Source of the DNA: a bacterium
GTDB lineage: Bacteria > UBA8248
Reading direction: 5' to 3'
DNA: 64,000 bases
Assembly: GCA_965203325.1 (NCBI GenBank)
Contig: OZ241875.1
Coordinates: forward strand, 3,392,001-3,456,000
The notes beneath the pieces were generated by a model, which saw only the letters and a list, made by a program, of their open reading frames with translations, was not told the DNA's origin and made no database searches. Shown here in pieces: positions 19,138 through 31,852 of this stretch. The position numbers were made by a program, and so were the translations under genes. Position 1 is the first letter of the stretch. Each line of letters begins with the position of its first letter.

Positions 19138-20253
19138 ATGCGCGTTTTAATCATTTCCCGTTTCTGCGCGTCGCCGGTTTATCGGGCGAAGATCTCCGCA
19201 CTCGCCCGGCGGCCCGGATTGGAAGTTTCTCTGCTCGCGCCTGCGGCGTGGAAAGAAGGCGCGCGGTTGCTCACCTGCCGGGAGGGTGAGGAAGAGGACT
19301 ACCGGATTTTCACCGGTTCTCTGGTTTTGAGCGGCAGGGTGGGCGGTCACGTCTACCGTCGGGGACTCTGGAAAGCGCTAAAGGAAGCGAGGCCCGATAT
19401 CGTCCACATGGAGGAGGAGTCCTACAGTTTCGCCGCAGCCCAGGTGTTGCTTTGCCTGTCTATGCTCAGGACGCGTCCGAAGTTCATGGTGAATAACTCG
19501 GAGAATTTCGATATCGCTCTCCCCTGGCGCTCCCGAAAGATTGAAAAGGTCGTTTTTCGCCGCGCGGACGCGCTTTTGGTCTTTGCCCGTACCGCCCGGG
19601 AGAGGCTGTTGCGCTTCGGCGCACCCCCGGAAAAAGTGCGAACGCTGCCCCAGTTCGGGCTGGACCCGGAGCTTTTCCGTCCTCCCGAACCGGGTGAGCG
19701 CGTGGATGTGTTCAGCGTCGGGTACCTCGGGAGGCTCGTTCATGCGAAAGGAGTCGACGTTCTCCTGAGAGCGCTTGCCGGTCTTTCGGGGGAGTGGAGA
19801 GCGCAGATCGTAGGGGATGGGGAGGAGCGTGAGACGCTCGAGCGGCTGACGCGCGCGCTCGGGCTCGGGGAGCGAGTGGAATTCGTCGGCTGGGTCGATC
19901 CCTCCGACGTTCCCGGATATTTGCGGGGGTGGCATGCGCTGGCGCTTCCATCGAGAACGACGGCGCACTGGAGAGAGCAGTTCGGCCGGGTGCTGATCGA
20001 GGCGATGGGTTGCGGCGTGGTTCCCGTGGGAGCGGCCACGGGCGAAATCCCGCACGTCATCGGTTCGGAGGGGTTCGTATTTCCAGAAGATGACGTGGAG
20101 GCTCTCCAGGAAATTCTTCAGAAACTGCAAAACGAACCCCGCGCGCGCGAACGACTGGCGGATGCGGGCCGCAAAAGAGTGTTAGAAGAATTCACTTGGG
20201 ATGTGCTGGCCGGGAAGGCCCATCGCCTCTATAAAAACATTCTGGCGGGGTGA
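19138..20253 (+). CDS. Glycosyltransferase family 4
   Basis: GYLGRLVHAKG and EQFGRVLIEAMGCG motifs. Confidence 0.9.
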   Translation: MRVLIISRFCASPVYRAKISALARRPGLEVSLLAPAAWKEGARLLTCREGEEEDYRIFTGSLVLSGRVGGHVYRRGLWKALKEARPDIVHMEEESYSFAAAQVLLCLSMLRTRPKFMVNNSENFDIALPWRSRKIEKVVFRRADALLVFARTARERLLRFGAPPEKVRTLPQFGLDPELFRPPEPGERVDVFSVGYLGRLVHAKGVDVLLRALAGLSGEWRAQIVGDGEERETLERLTRALGLGERVEFVGWVDPSDVPGYLRGWHALALPSRTTAHWREQFGRVLIEAMGCGVVPVGAATGEIPHVIGSEGFVFPEDDVEALQEILQKLQNEPRARERLADAGRKRVLEEFTWDVLAGKAHRLYKNILAG

Positions 20254-20370
20254 TGCGAGCGGGGTGCATATGTCGCGGGAGTAGCGTGTAGGAGAGGAAT
20301 TTCCGCCGAGGGGCGAAGCGCGCTATATTCTGTGATATCTGTTGGGTTGAAATTTTTTTGAGAGCGCAAG

Positions 20371-21678
20371 ATGAACAGGTCGGAAAATGCAGAAATGCGC
20401 GAATCGCCCCATGATGTGGCGCATTTTATCGATGAGGCTCGCTTGCGCGTGCCTCCCAGAACCGCCGCGCCCTCGATGAGAGAGGCGCTCAGGCCGGAGC
20501 GGGGCCGCAAACTTTCCGTTTTCGAGCGCAGCTATCACTATAAGAGATTTCCGGCGAGATGGGCGTTTCGTGCGGTCGACCTGCTGGGGGAGACTTTTTT
20601 TCGCCAGCCGAGAGAACGGCCTCCGGCAATTCGCCGCGTTCTTTTGGTGCGCCCCGACCATATCGGCGACGTCATCTGCACGCTGCCCGCAATCCGTGCG
20701 ATCCGCGACAGCCTGCCGGACGCGCAAGTCGACCTCCTGATTCGCTCATCGGCCCGTTCTTTGTTCCGGGATGTTGACGAAGAGTTGGCGGGGGTGGATT
20801 TCCTCGTTTTCAATGCGTCCTGGCGCGACAGGCCGAAGAGGAAGAAATTCGGCTTTCGCTCGTTGCGCCGTCTGCGGCGGCTGCTGAGGCTCAGAGCTGA
20901 GGAAATCGACGGGCCTTACGATCTGGCGGTAGATTTTGCGGGCGATTTTCAGTCGATCATTGCGGCCAGGCTCGCCGGTGTGCGCTATCTGGTCGGGCGG
21001 GGCATCAGGGGGTTCGGCTTCGGTCTGGACGCGGAGGCCGAGGAGTTCCCCAAACGTCACCAGGTAGAGTTCAATTTAGACATGCTCGAATATGCGGGGC
21101 TGGGTCCGTTCGAGACGAAAAACCCTGCGCTGACGCTTTCTGAAGAAGAACTGGCCGAGGGACGCGCGTGCATCGCCTCCCTGACGGAGGATCCTTCGGG
21201 ATCTTTCATCGGGATTCATCCGGGAGCCGGGGGAGTGGAAAGAATCTGGAGTCCGCAACTATATGGGGAGTTGATTAGCCGGGTCGTCTCCACGCTTCCC
21301 GTCCGGGTCCTGTTGCTGGGCGGGCCGGATGATCGGCAGGTCGTCGATGAGACACTCAAATCCATGAAGGGTGTTCGCGTGCGGGGCACCATCATTGACA
21401 TGTGCGAGAAGGTTCAGCATCTCCGTTCACTCATGGGGGTGATGAAGGCCTGCCGCTTGTTCATCGGCAACGACTCGGGTCCCACCCATATCGCCGCGGC
21501 GCTCGGCCTCCCTGTGATTTGCATCTTCCAGGGCCCGGCCGAACCGAGCGTATGGGGGCCGCGCGGCCCGAATGTGTTGGTGTTGCGAAAAAGTCCCTCT
21601 TCTACAGGCGATACTCACAAGGACAAAGAGAATCAGGAACTCGAGCGCGTCTACGAGGCGGTGAAGAGATGCGTATAG
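20371..21678 (+). CDS. Glycosyltransferase family 9 (heptosyltransferase-like)
   Basis: RPDHIGDVI, IHPGAG, FIGNDSGPTHIAAALG. Confidence 0.9.
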   Translation: MNRSENAEMRESPHDVAHFIDEARLRVPPRTAAPSMREALRPERGRKLSVFERSYHYKRFPARWAFRAVDLLGETFFRQPRERPPAIRRVLLVRPDHIGDVICTLPAIRAIRDSLPDAQVDLLIRSSARSLFRDVDEELAGVDFLVFNASWRDRPKRKKFGFRSLRRLRRLLRLRAEEIDGPYDLAVDFAGDFQSIIAARLAGVRYLVGRGIRGFGFGLDAEAEEFPKRHQVEFNLDMLEYAGLGPFETKNPALTLSEEELAEGRACIASLTEDPSGSFIGIHPGAGGVERIWSPQLYGELISRVVSTLPVRVLLLGGPDDRQVVDETLKSMKGVRVRGTIIDMCEKVQHLRSLMGVMKACRLFIGNDSGPTHIAAALGLPVICIFQGPAEPSVWGPRGPNVLVLRKSPSSTGDTHKDKENQELERVYEAVKRCV

Positions 21679-22799
21679 GCGTTGACGCCCGGATGATATC
21701 GATGGGCGGCATCGGCACCTATTTGAGAACCTTACTCGCCGGGCTGGACAGGCGCGATGACGATGTGGAATACGTCGTGTTCCTGCAGGAAAGGGACATG
21801 GATAGCTGCGCGGGTCTGGGTAGTAATTTTAGGCGAGTGGTTTGCGCGGCGGCGCCCTATTCGTTTGCCGAGCAGGTGAAACTGCCCCGGCTATTGGGGC
21901 GTGAGCGTCTGGATTTGATACATCATCCGCATTATTTCACTCCTTTTTTCGGCAAGACGCCCATGGTGGCGACGATTCATGACTTGATCCATCAATTGTT
22001 CCCGGCGCTTTGCCCCTCACCGCTGCATTGGCGCGCTTCCAAATGGATGATTGCGAGAACGGCGCGGCGGGCGCGTCTGATCCTCGCCGTTTCCGAACAC
22101 ACGAAAAGAGACATCATGGAGCACGTGGGCGTTGCGGATGAAAAGATACGCGTGACGCACAACGCCCTGCCGCCCGGCTGGGAGGACGGGCGCGCGCCCA
22201 GGCCCGAAGCCCTGGAAAAGATCGGTGATGCGCCTTATTTCCTGTATGCGGGAAATCACAAACGGCACAAGAACCTGCAATTGCTGCTCGATGCTTTTGC
22301 GGATTTGCTGAAAGAAGCGAGTAGTGTTCGTTTGGTCATGACAGGTGAGCGGAAGAGTCTCGAAAGTGTTTTACGCTTTTTGGGACTCGGCGAGGAAGTG
22401 GTGTTTCTGGGACGAATGCCCCAGGAGACGCTGCCGAGTGTCTACCGCTCCGCGCTGGCGCTGGTGTTTCCTTCCCATTACGAGGGTTTTGGCTATCCTC
22501 CCCTGGAGTCCATGGCCTGCGGCGCGCCGCCGATCGTGTCGGATGCAGGAGCCTTGCCCGAAGTGGTCGGCGACGCCGGCCTGATCGTTCCGCGGGGGGA
22601 TAAGGACGTCCTGCGAAACGCGATGTTGCGCGTCTTGAGGGAGCCGGACCTGCGGGACAGCCTCGCCGAAAAGTCGAAGGAGCGGGCGCGCTTTTTTCAC
22701 TGGGAAAAACTCGCCGCCGAAACGCAGCGCGCCTACCGAGACGCCCTTTTGCACTCGCCCGGGAGGATTCCCGCCTCGCCGTCCGTATTCAGATCGTGA
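21669..22799 (+). CDS. Glycosyltransferase family 4
   Basis: MRIGVDAR..GGIGTY, TIHDL, HKNL, FPSHYEGFGYPPLESMACG; overlaps the upstream stop. Confidence 0.9.
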   Translation: MRIGVDARMISMGGIGTYLRTLLAGLDRRDDDVEYVVFLQERDMDSCAGLGSNFRRVVCAAAPYSFAEQVKLPRLLGRERLDLIHHPHYFTPFFGKTPMVATIHDLIHQLFPALCPSPLHWRASKWMIARTARRARLILAVSEHTKRDIMEHVGVADEKIRVTHNALPPGWEDGRAPRPEALEKIGDAPYFLYAGNHKRHKNLQLLLDAFADLLKEASSVRLVMTGERKSLESVLRFLGLGEEVVFLGRMPQETLPSVYRSALALVFPSHYEGFGYPPLESMACGAPPIVSDAGALPEVVGDAGLIVPRGDKDVLRNAMLRVLREPDLRDSLAEKSKERARFFHWEKLAAETQRAYRDALLHSPGRIPASPSVFRS

Positions 22800-22815
22800 G
22801 ATTTCAGGGGCAGAC

Positions 22816-24012
22816 ATGCGGGTAGCGATCGTGCACGACTGGCTCACGGGCATGAGAGGCGGGGAGAAATGCCTCGAGGTATTTTGCGAGATATACCCGG
22901 AGGCGGATATCTTCACGCTGTTTCACCGGCCGGGTTCGGTTTCTGAGGCCATCGAGCGGCACCGCATCCATACCAGCCCCTTGCAGCGGATTCCCGGCGC
23001 CAGGCGGCGCTATCGTTATATGCTTCCCCTCATGCCGACGGCGGTACGGATGTTCTCCCTCAATGAGTACGATTTCATTCTGTCGAGTTCTCATTGCGTT
23101 GCGAAAGGAGCAAGGGGAGATTATGGAACCTACCACCTCAGCTATTGTCATACGCCCATGCGCTATGCCTGGAGCGGTTATGAGGCGTATTTCTCGCGCT
23201 TAGGCGGCGCGGCCAGATGGTTTTTCCCTCTCCTCGTCGAGTACCTGAGAAGATGGGACAACGAAGCCAACAGGGGAGTGCATGATTTCATTGCCAACAG
23301 CCATACGGTGGCGGAGCGTATCCGCCGCTATTACGGCAGGCAGGCGGAGGTGCTCTACCCGCCGGTGGATACGGAGTTCTACCGCTCCCGAAACGAGCGC
23401 GTATCGGATTACTACCTGATGGTAACGGCGTTCGCACCCTATAAGCGTGTCGATGTGGCAGTCGAGGCCTTTGGGCGGCTGGGCCGCCCGCTCAAGGTGG
23501 TGGGAGAGGGGCAGGATTTCGACCGCATTCGTGCATCGGGGAAACCGAACGTGGAGTTCTTGGGCCATCAGGATGATGAAACCATCCGTCAGCTTTACGC
23601 CGGATGCCGCGCCTTCATCCTGCCGGGCGAGGAAGACTTCGGCATCACTCCGATCGAGGCGCAGGCTTGCGGCCGTCCGGTTATCGCCCTCGGCGCGGGC
23701 GGCGCGCTCGAGACCGTCGTGGGTGTGAATGCGCAGGAATATGAAGCGCCGCCGGGCTTCATCCCATGGAATGAGACGGGGGATGAGGAAGCTGTGCCTA
23801 CGGGAATGTTTTTCTCCGGTTCGGAGCCGACAGATATCGAAGAAGCCGTCGTGGCGTTCGAGAAAATGGAAGATCAGTTCTCGCCCGAGGCCGCGCGCAG
23901 GCAAGCGGAGCGATTCGCTCGCGGGAATTTCAAGAAAGCGGCAGCAGAGCGCTTTCGGAGGGGTTGGCTGAATCACCGCGAACGCTTGGAAAAATCGGGT
24001 GAAACATACTGA
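22816..24012 (+). CDS. Glycosyltransferase family 4
   Basis: MRVAIVHDWLTGMRGGEK, YCHTPMRYAW, EEDFGITPIEAQACG. Confidence 0.92.
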   Translation: MRVAIVHDWLTGMRGGEKCLEVFCEIYPEADIFTLFHRPGSVSEAIERHRIHTSPLQRIPGARRRYRYMLPLMPTAVRMFSLNEYDFILSSSHCVAKGARGDYGTYHLSYCHTPMRYAWSGYEAYFSRLGGAARWFFPLLVEYLRRWDNEANRGVHDFIANSHTVAERIRRYYGRQAEVLYPPVDTEFYRSRNERVSDYYLMVTAFAPYKRVDVAVEAFGRLGRPLKVVGEGQDFDRIRASGKPNVEFLGHQDDETIRQLYAGCRAFILPGEEDFGITPIEAQACGRPVIALGAGGALETVVGVNAQEYEAPPGFIPWNETGDEEAVPTGMFFSGSEPTDIEEAVVAFEKMEDQFSPEAARRQAERFARGNFKKAAAERFRRGWLNHRERLEKSGETY

Positions 24013-24100
24013 GCAATAGAGTAGTAGTGATAAGATAAGGTTGCTTGACGGCGCTTTGCACGAGGAACTTTTGGCCAGACCCGACAAGGAACATCACGTC

Positions 24101-25489
24101 GTGTTGCGCAGATACGGCCAATTGAACGTGCTTTTTCTATTGGGGGGAGACGTCATCGCCCTGATTGCGGCCTGGTTCATGGCGTATTGGCTTCGTTTCG
24201 TCGCGGAGATAGTTCCCGTTCCCTTCGGGTATCCCGATTTCATTGTTTATCTCGCTTCGCTTTTCTTGATATTGCTCATCTGGCTCATCGCTTCGGGCAT
24301 TACGCGTTTGTACCGGTACCGGGCCGGTCTTCATCATACCCAAGAGATCATCCGGCTCACCGGCACGTTTGTCTGGACGGTACTGTTGTTCGCCTTCTTC
24401 ACGTTTTTCTATCGCAAACAAAGCTACAGCCGATTGTTGGTTGTTCTTTTCATTATGCTGGGGCCTGTTTTTCTTTTTTCGGTCCGGCGTCTGGTCTGGT
24501 CCTTCATTCGACGCTTGAGGCGTCGGGGCGTGGACATGCGGCGCATCCTCATCGCAGGAACAACGCCTATCGCCCGGAGGGTTGCCGCTCATCTGGAGAC
24601 GTATCGATATCTTGGCTTTCAGGTCGTGGGACACCTCTGTGAGGGAGATACCGCAGAAGACGCGCTCCTGCTGGGGAAGTTGGAGGAGGTGCGCGAAATC
24701 GTGGCGCGAGAGAGAATCCATGAAGTATACGTGGCGCTTCCCCCGAGTTCGCGCACCGCGCAGGAGGCGTTGCTGAACACTCTGGCGGACTCGAGCGTCG
24801 ACGTCCGCCTGGTGCCCGATATTGTCGAACACATGCGGCTGAACGCCGGGATCGAGGAACTCGACGGCTTGCCGGTGATCCTGTTGTCACAGACGCCCCT
24901 TTCGGGCTGGAATCGATGGATGAAAGTAATGGTGGATTATTCTCTGGGGGCTTTGGTCTTGCTCGTTTTGAGTCCGATCATGGTGGTCATTGCGCTCGTC
25001 GTGAGGTGGACGAGCCGGGGTCCCGTTCTGTATCACCAGGAGAGAATGGGTCTGGACGGCGTGCGGTTTCGCATGTACAAGTTTCGCTCCATGAGGATAG
25101 ATGCGGAAAAGGAATCAGGCGCAGTCTGGACGATGGCTGAGGATGAGCGGCGCACCCGGTTCGGCGCTTTCTTGAGAAAGACGAGTCTCGATGAGTTGCC
25201 GCAATTGTTCAATGTGTTGCGCGGCGAAATGAGCCTCGTGGGCCCGAGGCCCGAGCGTCCGGTTTTCGTGGAGAAATTCAGATCGTCCGTTCCCCATTAC
25301 ATGCTGCGTCACAAGATGAAATCCGGAATAACAGGCTGGGCGCAGGTGAACGGATGGCGCGGAAACACGTCGATAGAAAAAAGGATCGAATTCGATTTAC
25401 ACTATATCGAGAACTGGTCCTTGGGTCTTGATGCCAAGATTTTATGGCTCACCCTCTGGAAGGGGCTGATAAACAAAAATGCGTATTAG
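24101..25489 (+). CDS. Undecaprenyl-phosphate glucose phosphotransferase (WcaJ-like)
   Basis: N-terminal TM helices; KFRSM, SLDELPQLFNVLRGEMSLVGPRPER, GITGWAQVNGWRG. Confidence 0.93.
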   Translation: MLRRYGQLNVLFLLGGDVIALIAAWFMAYWLRFVAEIVPVPFGYPDFIVYLASLFLILLIWLIASGITRLYRYRAGLHHTQEIIRLTGTFVWTVLLFAFFTFFYRKQSYSRLLVVLFIMLGPVFLFSVRRLVWSFIRRLRRRGVDMRRILIAGTTPIARRVAAHLETYRYLGFQVVGHLCEGDTAEDALLLGKLEEVREIVARERIHEVYVALPPSSRTAQEALLNTLADSSVDVRLVPDIVEHMRLNAGIEELDGLPVILLSQTPLSGWNRWMKVMVDYSLGALVLLVLSPIMVVIALVVRWTSRGPVLYHQERMGLDGVRFRMYKFRSMRIDAEKESGAVWTMAEDERRTRFGAFLRKTSLDELPQLFNVLRGEMSLVGPRPERPVFVEKFRSSVPHYMLRHKMKSGITGWAQVNGWRGNTSIEKRIEFDLHYIENWSLGLDAKILWLTLWKGLINKNAY

Positions 25490-25510
25490 ACGGCATGATG
25501 GATGGAGAGA

Positions 25511-27933
<2,423 letters not shown>

Positions 27934-27983
27934 TGCGTCCTTTCGTGCCGTTCATGCGGCATCAGGTCTGGAAAAGATAAAGA

Positions 27984-28817
27984 ATGTCGGAAAAGAAGAT
28001 AGTAAAAATCGGGGATGTGGCCTTCGGCGAGCCGGGAGCGATATGCGTCATCGCAGGGCCTTGTGTGATCGAAAGTGAGGAATTAACCAGGCAATGCGCT
28101 GAAAAAGTCAAAGAAGCGACAGGAAAATGCGGTATCGGTGGAGTTTTCAAGGCTTCTTATGACAAAGCGAATCGCAGTTCAGGAAAATCACCGCGCGGAC
28201 CCGGCATCGAGAAGGGTTTGAAAATACTCGATATGGTAAGACGCGAGACTGGGCTTCCGGTGATGTCGGACGTTCATAGTCCCGAAGAAGCCGAAAGCGC
28301 AGCACATGTGCTGGACGCGCTTCAAATTCCCGCTTTCTTATGCCGCCAGACGGACCTCCTGCATGCCGCGGGAAGAACCGGGAAGCCCGTGAATGTCAAA
28401 AAAGGGCAGTTCATAGCGCCCGAGGACATGAAAAACGTCGTGGGAAAGCTCGAGGAAGTGGGTTGCCGGCAAATACTTCTTACCGAAAGGGGAACCAGCT
28501 TCGGCTACCACAACCTGGTTTCGGACATGCGTTCGCTCGTGAAGATGCGCGAATCGGGATATCCCGTCGTTTTCGATGCGACGCACAGCGTTCAATCGCC
28601 GGGTGGACTCGGAGAAAGTTCGGGAGGGGACAGGAGCATGGTTCCTCATCTCTCTCGTGCCGCCGCCGCCGTGGGCGTCGACGCCTTTTTCATCGAATGT
28701 CACCCAAGGCCGGATGAGGCCTTATCCGATGGCCCAAACATGATGGATATCGAGGCTCTCCATCCTCTTCTCATCTCTTTGCGCGCAATAGATTCTGCGC
28801 GTCTCGGCGCGCAATAA
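27984..28817 (+). CDS. kdsA: 3-deoxy-8-phosphooctulonate synthase
   Basis: IAGPCVIES, KASYDKANRSS, QIPAFLCRQTDL, FDATHSVQ. Confidence 0.97.
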   Translation: MSEKKIVKIGDVAFGEPGAICVIAGPCVIESEELTRQCAEKVKEATGKCGIGGVFKASYDKANRSSGKSPRGPGIEKGLKILDMVRRETGLPVMSDVHSPEEAESAAHVLDALQIPAFLCRQTDLLHAAGRTGKPVNVKKGQFIAPEDMKNVVGKLEEVGCRQILLTERGTSFGYHNLVSDMRSLVKMRESGYPVVFDATHSVQSPGGLGESSGGDRSMVPHLSRAAAAVGVDAFFIECHPRPDEALSDGPNMMDIEALHPLLISLRAIDSARLGAQ

Positions 28818-29082
28818 TATTTCAAGAAGTTTGTTCACCATTGCATTATCGGTTTCACTCCTCTTCTTTTCGTTCTGAGCTCTGGATCATTCTTGCCGTG
28901 GCGCACTCGGGTCACTGAATCATCGATGGTGGCTGAGGTCGGGAAATTTCAAGTTTTCTTGTGATGGCGGGCCCGGAATTTGGCGTAAAATATGGATTGG
29001 TGCAACTTTTGAACATTTTGGTAAAATATGAGTTATATGGGTTGATGGAAACTTTTCGATCGCGATTTCATGAGAAGAACCC

Positions 29083-30825
29083 GTGCAGCATCAACGACTC
29101 TATGCCAGGCCCCGATCGAATCTCTCTTTCATAGGCACGAATGTGCGCTTGGAAGGCTCACTGCTCTTTGCAGGTAAAGTTTTCATGGAAGGCGAGTTCA
29201 AGGGAAAACTCCATGGCGACGGGCATCTCGAGATTGCGGCGGCGGGAAAAGCCGAGGGCGAGATCCATACGGATGAGCTGGTGAATCACGGCCGTACCAA
29301 AGGTTCTATATTTGTGGCGGATCGTGTTGAACTCAAGGCAGGATGTTCTCACGAAGGGAATGTGACGGCCCCCAAAATACATATAGATCCGGAGGCTAAG
29401 TTCGATGGCAGAATGATCATGCCTGATGTTGTCCCGACGCCGGCGCCCAAGCCGATAGTTTCGAAAAGGCGCCTGCAAATTGCGGCGGGTTTGGTGCTGT
29501 TTCTGGCCGCTGGTGTTGCCACCACGGCGATTTCCCGTGAGTCTCCGGATTACTTGCGCAATATCTGGAAACGCCTCGACGCGATATGGGAAGTGAGAGT
29601 AGGTGAATGGCTGGAGTCCGGCGAGTCGAAAAACCCGAAACTTAAGCTCGAAGAACAACAGAGAAGATACATTGCGGAAGCGGCTCGGCACGAAAGTAAA
29701 GGAGAATTCGATAAGGCTGTAGCCAGTCTGAGAAAAGCTTTGAAGTTCAAGGGAAGCCGCCAGGATGTCACCAGGTACCGCTTGGCGAAAATTCTGGCGC
29801 AGCAAAATCATACTGCGGAGGCCATACGTGAAATTCAATCTTTGCTCCAGCGCACTCCGAGGCATATCGAGGGAATGATCCTGCTTGGCGATTTGTATGT
29901 TCGCAGTGGGCAACTCTCAAAGGCGCTGGAAATATACAGAGAAGCTTATCTGCGTGAACCCGAGGACATTGTTCTGAAAAGAAGGCTTCAGATTGTTGAG
30001 TCGCGTGTCAGATTGGTACGGCCCGAACCGGCCGAGCCTGCGCAAGAGGTTTTGGACCCGACCCAGGTTTTAATCAATGCAGAGCGCTTCATATCCGGAA
30101 AAGAGCCGGCGAGGGCTGTAGACCTGCTCAGAGGCGCCATCGAAAAAACACCGAATAATGCGAGGTTCCATTTCTTGCTGGGCGCCGCCCTGGTTCAAAT
30201 GAACCGCAGGGACGAAGCAATACGCGTTTATGAGAAAGTTGTTTCTTTATCGCCCGATTGGCTGGATGGATACATACGTCTGGGCGCTCTTTTGGCATCC
30301 AAGGGTCGAGACAAGGATGCGATTGCACTTTATGAAAAAGCGGGCCGACTGGACTTGAACAACATCGAGATGAAAATTCGCATCGCCAATCTTCACAAAT
30401 CGAGGAAGCGGAAAAAAATCGCCCATAAAATACTTCTGGATTTGTTGGAGAAAAATCCCCGTTCGTCTCGCGTTTTGGTGGAACTTGGTATTTTCCTTTG
30501 GGAAACCGGGAAGCCTGAAGAATCGAAGAAGGTGTTCATGCAAGTGCTTGAAATAGATAAGAATTCAGCGCCGGCGTTGAATCGGTTGGCGTGGTTTCAC
30601 AGGAAGGATAAGGAAAGTTTGGTTCACGCCATCAAGCTTTCGAAACGCTCGCTGGAACTCCAGCCCGATACGCCGGCGTATCTCGATACACTGGCGGAGT
30701 TGTTTTATCGCAACGGAGAATCGGTGAAAGCGCTTCCGCTCATTCAAAGAGCGATTGAATTAGACCCCGGAAGTCGCTATTTTCGTCTGCAATTGGAAAA
30801 ATTCAAAAGAGCGAGCCGCAAATGA
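29083..30825 (+). CDS. Bactofilin (polymer-forming cytoskeletal) domain + TM helix + TPR-repeat protein
   Basis: N-terminal SFIGTNVRLEGSL...GEFKGKL...VEG-type beta-helix repeats ending AKFDGRMIM; hydrophobic stretch LQIAAGLVLFLAAGV; then many TPR-like repeats, ending ALNRLAW...YLDTLAE. Confidence 0.8.
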   Translation: MQHQRLYARPRSNLSFIGTNVRLEGSLLFAGKVFMEGEFKGKLHGDGHLEIAAAGKAEGEIHTDELVNHGRTKGSIFVADRVELKAGCSHEGNVTAPKIHIDPEAKFDGRMIMPDVVPTPAPKPIVSKRRLQIAAGLVLFLAAGVATTAISRESPDYLRNIWKRLDAIWEVRVGEWLESGESKNPKLKLEEQQRRYIAEAARHESKGEFDKAVASLRKALKFKGSRQDVTRYRLAKILAQQNHTAEAIREIQSLLQRTPRHIEGMILLGDLYVRSGQLSKALEIYREAYLREPEDIVLKRRLQIVESRVRLVRPEPAEPAQEVLDPTQVLINAERFISGKEPARAVDLLRGAIEKTPNNARFHFLLGAALVQMNRRDEAIRVYEKVVSLSPDWLDGYIRLGALLASKGRDKDAIALYEKAGRLDLNNIEMKIRIANLHKSRKRKKIAHKILLDLLEKNPRSSRVLVELGIFLWETGKPEESKKVFMQVLEIDKNSAPALNRLAWFHRKDKESLVHAIKLSKRSLELQPDTPAYLDTLAELFYRNGESVKALPLIQRAIELDPGSRYFRLQLEKFKRASRK

Positions 30826-31018
30826 TGCCCGGAAACGATCAGATGAATGTACGTACTCGCCGCACCTTCATGGGGTTGAGCAACCGAGCACTTGTTTGAC
30901 CATGAGTAAACTTGTTGTATGAGATGGTTGGAAATAAATGATATGAAAGGGTTGTAAAGGGTGATTCGCCCCATCTGGTTGGTCAGTAGTCGCCACTCTT
31001 AGTTTGGAGGGCTGGGAA

Positions 31019-31852
31019 ATGGGTATCCTGACAATTTCGAGAGAGCTTGGAAGCGGTGGTGACGCTATTGGGAAGAAAGTGGCTCAAGAGTTGGGATGGG
31101 CCCTTTTGGACAACGACGGATTTGCGGATGCGGCGCAATCGTATGGTTATGTTCGAGCCGAACTCGAACAAGTGGATGAGAGGAAGCCCGGTCTGATAGA
31201 CCGCTTTTTCCGGGACAGGCAACTGGTGTATCTCGATATCATGCGGGCCATCGTTTACGAGTCAGCCTTGAAAAATAATTTCGTCATACTGGGCCGCGGC
31301 TCCCATATCCTCCTTGAGGGAATCGAGGGTGTTTTCCGGGCACGCATCGTGGCGCCCAGAGATTATCGCCAACGGACACTGGTGAAGAACGAGGGGATTA
31401 CCCCATCCATGGCGGAGCAGTTCATACGCCACAACGATGATGAAAGAATGGCCTATACGCGACATTTTTTCGATGTCAGGTGGGGAGAGCCGAGTCACTT
31501 CGATATGATATTGAACACCGGGTTGTTCAATGAAGATATGTCAATGCGTTTGCTGGTGAACATCTTGAAAAGTGAAAAATTTTCCCAATTCGAACCATCG
31601 GAATCTCAAAAGCTCCAGAATCTGGCTTTTGCGCAAAAGATCAAGGCAACAATCATGACGGATGAGCGAATCGATGCGAGCGGCATTGTCGTTGAATGTC
31701 TCGGACCCGGAGAACTATTCTTGCACGGGCGCGTCAACAGCGATGAAGAAAAAGAATTGGCCGAATCAATTGCCAAAGAATACAGTGGAGTCGTCGAGTT
31801 GAGCAGCGAGTTGGTCGTGATGCCGCCTATCGAAGGATGGTATCCGGTATGA
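31019..31852 (+). CDS. Cytidylate kinase-like family protein with C-terminal BON domain
   Basis: LTISRELGSGG, VILGRG, DDERMAY; C-terminal IDASGIVV...LHGRVNS..EKELAESIA..SGV pattern. Confidence 0.85.
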   Translation: MGILTISRELGSGGDAIGKKVAQELGWALLDNDGFADAAQSYGYVRAELEQVDERKPGLIDRFFRDRQLVYLDIMRAIVYESALKNNFVILGRGSHILLEGIEGVFRARIVAPRDYRQRTLVKNEGITPSMAEQFIRHNDDERMAYTRHFFDVRWGEPSHFDMILNTGLFNEDMSMRLLVNILKSEKFSQFEPSESQKLQNLAFAQKIKATIMTDERIDASGIVVECLGPGELFLHGRVNSDEEKELAESIAKEYSGVVELSSELVVMPPIEGWYPV

